A stretch of 64,000 bases of DNA, from assembly GCF_036365525.1 (NCBI RefSeq), contig NC_090378.1:122187593-122251592 (forward strand), read 5' to 3'. How positions within the stretch are numbered: the stretch's first letter is position 1; each line of letters begins with the position of its first letter. This document shows, piece after piece, positions 55,790-64,000 of this stretch. The notes under the pieces were generated by a model. That model saw nothing but the letters and a program-made list of their open reading frames with translations. It was not told the origin of the DNA and did not search any database. The DNA is from Heterodontus francisci. Taxonomy: Eukaryota. Made by a program: the position numbers and the translations under genes.

Positions 55790-56399
55790 CCGGAGCCCCC
55801 GCGATGTTACACATAGGGGCTCATTTAAATAAAGGTGTATTATTGTAAAACTTTATTAAATAAAAATCTTTGTGATGGAAGCCCTTCCCCAACTCCCCAA
55901 TGGTCATTTTATTGCCCGAAATGATCAACAACTGGCTTTTTCAAATACCTGAACTTTCACCCCAACCTTCAATCTTTTACCCTTCAACCTCTTCCCACCA
56001 TCCCCACATCCAATCAAAATTGTTTCCCCGCTCCCCCGCTCCCCCACCCCTCCCACCCTGAAAGTTTTATTCCTCCCCGCTCTCCACCAGGTTCCAGCCT
56101 CGGAATTCCGTACGGAGTTCCGAAGGTGCGCGAGGTATGAACGGTGGTGGTAAAATCGGTGTGGGACAGCCGCACCTGCAGGTAAGTTTATTTACATATC
56201 ATTAAGGTTCATTTTAATATGGAGATGAAGGTCCCGCCACCAGTGGCAGTGGGCGGTGGCACCAATGTCCCCTCGCCACTGGTAATATGCAGCGAGCCCT
56301 TCTCCACAACATGGGGGGTCGAGGCGGGCGACTCCCCACATAATTTTACCTGCCCCAGCGCTGTGACCCGCGAGTGGAGGGGCTGGTAAAATTCAGCCC
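55790..56399. mobile_element. Non-autonomous DNA transposon-like element
   Basis: Same layout as the other copies (C-rich block, AT-rich block, GC-rich subterminus) and ends in aaaattcagccc. Boundaries are approximate. Confidence 0.4.
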
Positions 56400-56438
56400 A
56401 GAGGCTCGAAAACTGAGACAGAGAGAGGGAGAGGGAGA

Positions 56439-56671
56439 NNNNNNNNNNNNNNNNNNNNNNNNNNNNNNNNNNNNNNNNNNNNNNNNNNNNNNNNNNNNNN
56501 NNNNNNNNNNNNNNNNNNNNNNNNNNNNNNNNNNNNNNNNNNNNNNNNNNNNNNNNNNNNNNNNNNNNNNNNNNNNNNNNNNNNNNNNNNNNNNNNNNNN
56601 NNNNNNNNNNNNNNNNNNNNNNNNNNNNNNNNNNNNNNNNNNNNNNNNNNNNNNNNNNNNNNNNNNNNNNN
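56439..56671. other. Assembly gap (233 N)
   Basis: Run of N. Confidence 1.
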
Positions 56672-57092
56672 TGGATTCTATGAGCTCGTCAGCGAGTTCA
56701 GAAAATGACAGAAAATTCCCACCATCCCCTACATCCTGCTGTTTATTTGACCCTGTTTCCCCCCCAACTCCTGCACTGAGAAACTGACCTGCTCCCACCT
56801 CCCCACCAGTGTGGTGCCTTGTTTCCCCAGACAGGGTTCTGAAGGTGCGACACTGTGACGGACCCTCAAGATCACGGGTGAGTAGATTTAAATTCATTAA
56901 TATTATTGATTTAAGTATTTAAATTGTGGTCCTGTCGCCCAGCGGCCGGGTGGTCGGCACAGAGCCTCCCCGTCACCGGGAGGATCGGGAGTGGCTCTGC
57001 CGGCGTCAAGGTCCGTGGTGGCCTCATCCGGAGCCAACTTCAGGATCTCCCACCAGGGATCACAATGTCGAGGGAGCCTTAAAATCCAGGCC
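56672..57092. mobile_element. Partial copy of the same MITE-like family, cut by the gap
   Basis: Similar to 53150-53376 and ends in aaaatccaggcc. Confidence 0.5.
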
Positions 57093-57094
57093 AG

Positions 57095-57530
57095 TGAGAC
57101 AGAGTAACAGAGAGAGAGAGGCAGAAAGAGAGGATGACAAAGAAAGAGCACAAAAGAGCAAAACAGAGACAAGGATAGACAGAAGGGGAGAGAAAGAGAG
57201 TGAGTGAGGGAGAGGGATAGTGAGAGAGGGAGACAGAGGAGGAGGAAGAGAGGGAGGAGAGGGAGAGTGAGGAAGAGAGGGAGGAGAGGGAGAGTGAGGA
57301 AGAGGAAGAGAGGGAGACAGAGGAAGAGGAAGAGAGGGAGGAGAGGGAGAGTGAGGAAGAGAGGGAGGAGAGGGAGAGTGAGGAAGAGGAAGAGAGGGAG
57401 ACAGAGGAAGTGGAAGAGAAGGAGGAGAGGGAGAGTGAGGAAGAGGAAGAGAGGGAGACAGAGGAAGAGGAAAAGAGGGAGGAGAGGTAGAGTGAGAGAG
57501 GGTGGAAGAGGGAGAGAGAAGAGGAAGTGA
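57095..57530. repeat. Polypurine (GA/GGA) low-complexity repeat directly upstream of the V promoter
   Basis: Almost pure A/G on the + strand, with recurring GAGGAAGAGAGGGAGGAGAGGGAGAGT-type units. Confidence 0.92.
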
Positions 57531-57563
57531 GAGTTGCTGACGAGCCTTTCTCTGGGTGAGACC

Positions 57564-57571
57564 ATTTACAT
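57564..57571 (+). promoter_or_regulatory. Ig light-chain octamer-like element ATTTACAT (1 mismatch to ATTTGCAT)
   Basis: In light-chain orientation, ~40 bp upstream of the TATA box and ~110 bp upstream of the ATG, the usual position in IgL promoters. Confidence 0.65.
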
Positions 57572-57611
57572 ACTGAGAAACAGGCAGTCAGACTCTCACA
57601 GGCTGCAGCTT

Positions 57612-57617
57612 TATAAA
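57612..57617 (+). promoter_or_regulatory. TATA box of the V-segment promoter
   Basis: TATAAA lies 60 bp upstream of the gcaccATG start. Confidence 0.75.
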
Positions 57618-57677
57618 GCAGAGCCCAGTGAAGGGAGAGTTTATCAGTAACCAGGCACAGAGACAGGAGCAGGCACC

Positions 57678-57726
57678 ATGATTTCACCCATCCAGCTGAT
57701 CTGGCCTCTGGCATTCTGCGTCGCAG
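57678..57726 (+). CDS. IGKV: Ig light-chain leader exon (MISPIQLIWPLAFCVA-G)
   Basis: Kozak context gcaccATG, a hydrophobic signal peptide and a phase-1 GT donor at 57727. Resembles the nurse-shark NS4/kappa leader as I recall it. Confidence 0.93.
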
Positions 57727-57912
57727 GTACAAATCTCTCTCCTTCCACGTTTAATATTTTCCTGCTGTTTATTTCAGTCCAATTCTACTGACTTGTGATT
57801 GGAGGGAAAATGCTGAAACAAGAGGAACGGTCACTGTCTCTAATAATATCTCATTTTACAGGGTCTTTCTGTGACAGTTCTTACTTCACTCTGTTTCTCT
57901 ATTACCCCTCAG

Positions 57913-58214
57913 GTATCAGTGGAGACACCATCATCATGACCCAGTCTCCACCGGCACTGTCAGTGACACTGGGACAGACCGCAACGATCACCTGTACGGC
58001 CAGCCAGTCCGTGAGCAAGTATGTAGCTTGGTATCAGCAGCGAGACGGTCAGAAACCCACTCTCCTGATTTATGGTGCAACAACTCGATACACAGGAACA
58101 TCCGAACGCTTCACCGGCAGTCAACAGAACCTCAAATTCACTCTGACAATCAGTAATGTACAGAATGAGGATGTCGCAGATTATTACTGTCAGCAATATA
58201 ACAGCTGGCCTCTA
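57913..58214 (+). CDS. IGKV: Unrearranged Ig kappa-type (type III/NS4-like) V exon: (G)[100 protein letters not shown]
   Basis: AG acceptor at 57911-57912 closes a 186-bp intron, in frame with the leader. Conserved Cys23, WYQQ, LLIY, FTLTIS and DYYC, with no stops. Followed directly by a 12-RSS, the kappa-type arrangement. Confidence 0.96.
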
Positions 58215-58242
58215 CACAGTGAGACAGAGCCGTACAAAAACT
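58215..58242 (+). other. Recombination signal sequence with 12-bp spacer: CACAGTG-agacagagccgt-ACAAAAACT
   Basis: Perfect heptamer (58215-58221), exactly 12-bp spacer, and a nonamer matching ACAAAAACC at 8/9 positions (58234-58242). Confidence 0.97.
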
Positions 58243-58250
58243 TCAATAGA

Positions 58251-61200
58251 CACAGTCCCACCTCCTGCACTGACACATCCCACAGTTATATATAATATAT
58301 AATAATGGACACACAGTCCCACCTCCTGTACTGACACATCCCACAGTTATATATAATATATAATAATGGACACACAGACCCACCTCCTGTACTGACACAT
58401 CCCACAGTTATATATAATATATAATAATGAACACACAGTCCCACCTCCTGTACTGACACATCCCACAGTTATATATAATATATAATAATGGACACACAGA
58501 CCCACCTCCTGTACTGACACATCCCACAGTTATATATAATATATAATAATGGACAGACAGACCCACCTCCTGTACTGACACATCCCACAGTTATATATAA
58601 TATAGAATAATGGACACACAGACCCACCTCCTGTACTGACACATCCCACAGTTATATATAATATATAATAATGGACACACAGACCCACCTCCTGTACTGA
58701 CACATCCCACAGTTATATATAATATAGAATAATGGACACACAGTCCAACTTCCTGTACTGACACATCCCACAGTTATATATAATATATAATAATGGACAC
58801 ACAGTCCCACCTCCTGGACTGACGCATCTCACAGTTATATATAATATATAATAATGGACACACAGTCCCACATCCTGTACTGACGCATCTCACAGTTATA
58901 TATAATATACAATAATGGACACACAGTCCCACCCCCTGTACTGACACATCCCACAGTTATATACAATATATAATAATGGATACACAGACCCACCTCCTGG
59001 ACAGACACGTCCCACAGTTATATATAATATATTATAATGGACACACAGTCCCACCTCCTATACTGACATATCCCACAGTTATATAAAATATATGATAATG
59101 GACACACAGTCCCACCTCCTGTACTGACACATCCCACAGATATATATAATATAATAATGGACACACAGTCCCACCTCCTGTACTGACGCATCTCACAGTT
59201 ATATATAATATACAATAATGGACAAACAGTCCCACCTCCTGTACTGACACATCTCACAGTTATATATAATATAAAAGAATGGACACACAGTCCCACCTCC
59301 TATACTGACAGATCCCACAGTTATATATAATATATAATAATGGACAAACAGTCCCACCTCCTGCACTGACACATCCCACAGTTATATTCAATATATAATA
59401 ATGGATACACAGACCCACCTCATGGACAGACACGTCCCACAGTTATATATAATATATAATAATGGACACACAGTCCCACCTCCTGTACTGACACATCCCA
59501 CAGTTATATATAATATATAACAATGGATATACATTCCCACTTCCTGTACTGACACATCCCACAGTTATATATAATATATAATAATGGATACACATTCCCA
59601 CTTCCTGTACTGACACATCCCACAGTTATATATAATATATAACAATGGATATACATTCCCACTTCCTGTACTGACACATCCCACAGTTATATATAATATA
59701 TAATAATGGATACACATTCGCACCTCCTGCACTGACACATCCCACAGTTATATATAATATATAATAATGGACACACAGTCCCACCTCCTGCACTGACACA
59801 TCCCACAGTTATATATAATATATAATAATGGACACACATTGCCACTTCCTGTCCTGACACGTCCCACAGTTATATATAATATATAATAATGGACACACAG
59901 TCCCACCTCCTGCACTGACACATCCCACAGTTATATATAATATATAATAATGGACACACAGTCCCACCTCCTGTACTGACACATCCCAAAGATATATATA
60001 ATATAATAATGGACACACAGTCCCACCTCCTGCACTGACACATCCCACAGTTATATATAATATAGAATAATGGACACACAGTCCAACTTCCTGTACTGAC
60101 ACATCCCACAGTTATATATAATATATAATAATGGACACACAGTCCCACCTCCTGCACTGACACATCCCACAGTTATATATAATATATAATAATGGACACA
60201 CAGTCCCACCTCCTGCACTGACACATCCCACAGTAAGAAATAATATATAATAATAGACACACAGTCCCACCTCCTGTACTGACACATCCCACAGTAATAT
60301 ATAATATATAATAATGGACACACAGTCCCACCTCCTGCACTGACACATCCCACAGTTATATATAATATATAATAATGGACACACAGTCCCACCTCCTGCA
60401 CTGACACATCCCACAGTTATATATAATATAGAATAATGGACACACAGTCCAACTTCCTGTACTGACACATCCCACAGTTATATATAATATATAATAATGG
60501 ACACACAGTCCCACCTCCTGCACTGACACATCCCACAGTTATATATAATATATAATAATGGACACACAGTCCCACCTCCTGCACTGACACATCCCACAGT
60601 AAGAAATAATATATAATAATAGACACACAGTCCCACCTCCTGTACTGACACATCCCACAGTAATATATAATATATAATAATGGACACACAGTCCCACCTC
60701 CTGCACTGACACATCCCACAGTTATATATAATATATAATAATGGACACACAGTCCCACCTCCTGCACTGACACATCCCACAGTTATATATAATATATAAT
60801 ATTGGACACACAGTCCAACTTCCTGTACTGACACATCCCACAGTTATATATAATATAGAATAATGGACACACAGTCCCACCTCCTGCACTGACACATCCC
60901 ACAGTAAGAAATAATATATAATAATAGACACACAGTCCCACCTCCTGTACTGACACATCCCACAGTTATATATAATATATAATAATGGACACACCGTCCC
61001 ACCTCCTGTACTGACACATCCCACAGTAATATATAATATATAATAATGGACACACAGTCCCACCTCCTGCACTGACACATCCCACAGTTATATATAATAT
61101 ATAATAATGAATACACAGACCCACCTCCTGGACAGACACGTCCCACAGTTATATGTAATATATAATAATGGACACACAGTCCCACCTCCTGCACTGACAC

Positions 61201-64000
61201 ATCCCACAGTTATATATAATATATAATAATGGACACACAGACCCACCTCCTGGACAGACACGTCCCACAGTTATATATAATATATAATAATGAATACACA
61301 GACCCACCTCCTGGACAGACACGTCCCACAGTTATATGTAATATATAATAATGGACACACAGTCCCACCTCCTGGACTGACACATCCCACAGATATATAT
61401 AATATATAATAATGGACACACAGACCCACCTCCTGGACAGACACGTCCCACAGTTATATATAATATATAATAATGGACACACAGACCCACCTCCTGGAAA
61501 GACACGTCCTACAGTTACATATAATATATAATAATGGACACACAGTCCCACCTCCTGTACTGACACAGCCCACAGTTATATATAATATATAATGATGAAC
61601 TCACAGTCCCACCTCCTGCACTGACACATCCCACACTAAAAAATAATATATAATAATGGACACACAGACCCACCTCCTGGAAAGACACGTCCCACAGTTA
61701 CATATAATATATAATAATGGACACACAGTCCCACCTCCTGCACTGACACATCCCACAGTTATATATAATATATAATAATGGACACACAGTCCCACCTCCT
61801 GCACTGACACATCCCACAGTTATATATAATATATAATAATGGACACACAGTCCCACCTCCTGCACTGACACATCCCACAGCTTTTTATAATATATAATAA
61901 TGGACACACAGTCCCACCTCCTGCACTGACACATCCCACAGCTTTTTATAATATATAATAATGGACACACAGTCCCACCTCCTGTACTGACACATCTCAC
62001 AGTTATATATAATATAAAAGAATGGACACACAGTCCCACCTCCTATACTGACAGATCCCACAGTTATATATAATATATAATAATGGACAAACAGTCCCAC
62101 CTCCTGTACTGACGCATCTCACAGTTATATATAATATACAATAATGGACACACAGTCCCACCTCCTGTACTGACACATCCCACAGTTATATTCAATATAT
62201 AATAATGGACACACAGTCCCACCTCCTGTACTGACACATCCCACAGTTATATTCAATATACAATAATGGACACACAGTCCCACCTCCTGTACTGACACAT
62301 CCCACAGTTATATACAATATATAATAATGGACACACAGTCCCACCTCCTGCACTGACACCTCCCACAGTTATATATAATATATAATAATGGACACACAGT
62401 CCCACCTCCTGCACTGACACCTCCCACAGTTATATATAATATATAATAATGGACACACAGTCCAAGTTCCTGCACTGACACCTCCCACAGTTATATATAA
62501 TATATAATAATGGACACACAGTCCCACCTCCTGTACTGACACGTCCCACAGTTATATATAATATATCATAATGGACACACATTCCCACTTCCTGTACTGA
62601 CACATCCCACAGTTATATATAATAAATAATAATGGACACACAGTCCAACTTCCTGCACTGACACCTCCCACAGTTATATATAATATATAATAATGGACAC
62701 ACAGTCCAACTTCCTGCACTGACACCTCCCACAGTTATATATAATATATAATAATGGACACACAGTCCCACCTCCTGCAATGACACCTCCCACAGTTATA
62801 TATAATATATAATAATGGACACACAGTCCCACCTCCTGTACTGACACGTCCCACAGTTATATATAATATATCAAAATGGACACACATTCCCACTTCCTGT
62901 ACTGACACGTCCCACAGTTATATATAATATATAACAATGGATATACATTCCCACTTCCTGTAGTGACACGTCCCACAGTTATATATAATATATAATAATG
63001 GACACACAGTCCCACCTCCTGCACTGACACATCCCACAGTTATATATAATATATAATAATGGACGCACAGTCCCACCTCCTGCACTGACACATCCCACTT
63101 GTTATATATAATATATAATAATGGACACACATTGCCACTTCCTGTCCTGACACGTCCCACAGTTATATATAATATATAATAATGGACACACAGTCCCACC
63201 TCCTGCACTGACACATCCCACAGATATATATAATATATAATAATGGACACACAGTCCCACCTCCTGCACTGACACATCCCACAGTTATATATAATATATA
63301 ATAATGGACACACATTCCCACTTCCTGTACTGACACATCCCACAGTAAAAAATAATATAAAATAATGGACACACAGTCCCACCTCTTGTACTGACACATC
63401 CCACAGTTATATCTAATATATAATAATGGACACACAGACCCACCTCCTGTACTGACACATCCTACAGTTATATATAATATATAATAATGGACACACAGTC
63501 CCACCACCTGCACTGACACATCCCACAGTTATATATAATATATAATAATGGACTCACGGTCCCACCACCTGCACTGACACATCCCACAGTTATATATAAT
63601 ATATAATAATGGACACACAGTCCCACCTCCTGGACAGACACGTCCCACAGTTATATATAATACATACTATTGGACACACAGTCCCACCTCCTGGACTGAC
63701 ACATCCCACAGTTATATATAATATATAATAATGGACACACAGCCCCACATCCTCTACTGACACAACCCACAGTTATATATAATATATAAGAATGGACACA
63801 CAGGCCCACCTCCCGCACTGACACATCCCACTGTTATATATAATACATAATATAGGACACAGTGTCCCACCTCCTGTACTGACACATCCCACAATTATAT
63901 ATAATATATAATAATGGACTCACGGTCCCACCCCCTGCACTGACACATCCCACAGTTATATATAATACATAATATAGGACACACTGTCCCACCTCCTGCA
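58251..64000. repeat. 61-bp tandem satellite, consensus GGACACACAGTCCCACCTCCTGTACTGACACATCCCACAGTTATATATAATATATAATAAT, ~94 copies, continues past the right edge
   Basis: Tandem units are visible directly, each with a C-rich half and an AT-only half. Confidence 0.98.

Noticed and set aside
53900-56860. Isolated RSS-like pieces (ggtttttgg ~53913; cactgtg ~55203 and 56851) as possible J-segment signals
   Set aside because: No heptamer and nonamer pair at 12 or 23 bp spacing, and no FGxG coding segment follows.
57204-57530. Arg/Lys/Gly-rich protamine-like ORF and the Leu/Ser-rich antisense ORFs
   Set aside because: These are translations of the GA-rich low-complexity tract with no ATG start.
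57795-58295. 166-aa ORF as one continuous CDS
   Set aside because: Its N-terminal part is intron and its C-terminal part reads through the RSS into satellite. The real coding portion is 57913-58214 spliced to 57678-57726.
59018-63519. Cys/Tyr/Ile-rich minus-strand ORFs
   Set aside because: These are translations of the 61-bp satellite.

Overview
This is eukaryotic DNA, very likely from a cartilaginous fish (shark or ray). About 83% of the window is tandem repeat: a 36-bp satellite (1-25000, open at the left edge), a G-rich 23-bp minisatellite (26605-28119), a 32-bp satellite (28250-48239), a 43/44-bp minisatellite (54108-54853), GA-rich tracts and a 61-bp satellite (58251-64000, open at the right edge). 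Nearly all long ORFs in the supplied track are artefacts of these arrays. The one clear gene is an intact, unrearranged immunoglobulin kappa-type (elasmobranch type III / NS4-like) light-chain V segment on the + strand. It has an octamer-like and TATA promoter, a leader exon (57678-57726), a 186-bp intron, a V exon (57913-58214) and a near-consensus 12-RSS (58215-58242). No J or C segment is in the window. The remaining sequence holds CR1 and L2 LINE fragments, a decayed Harbinger-type Myb/SANT ORF, MITE-like elements, a candidate 3' terminal exon on the - strand and a 233-bp N gap. Two signals stand out. The 61-bp satellite starts just after the RSS nonamer and repeats a CACAGTT-23bp-ACACAGTCC cryptic-RSS-like motif. 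The V domain has a non-canonical FR3 loop (QQNLK in place of GSGTD). I cannot show a new biological system from sequence alone; these are testable hypotheses.
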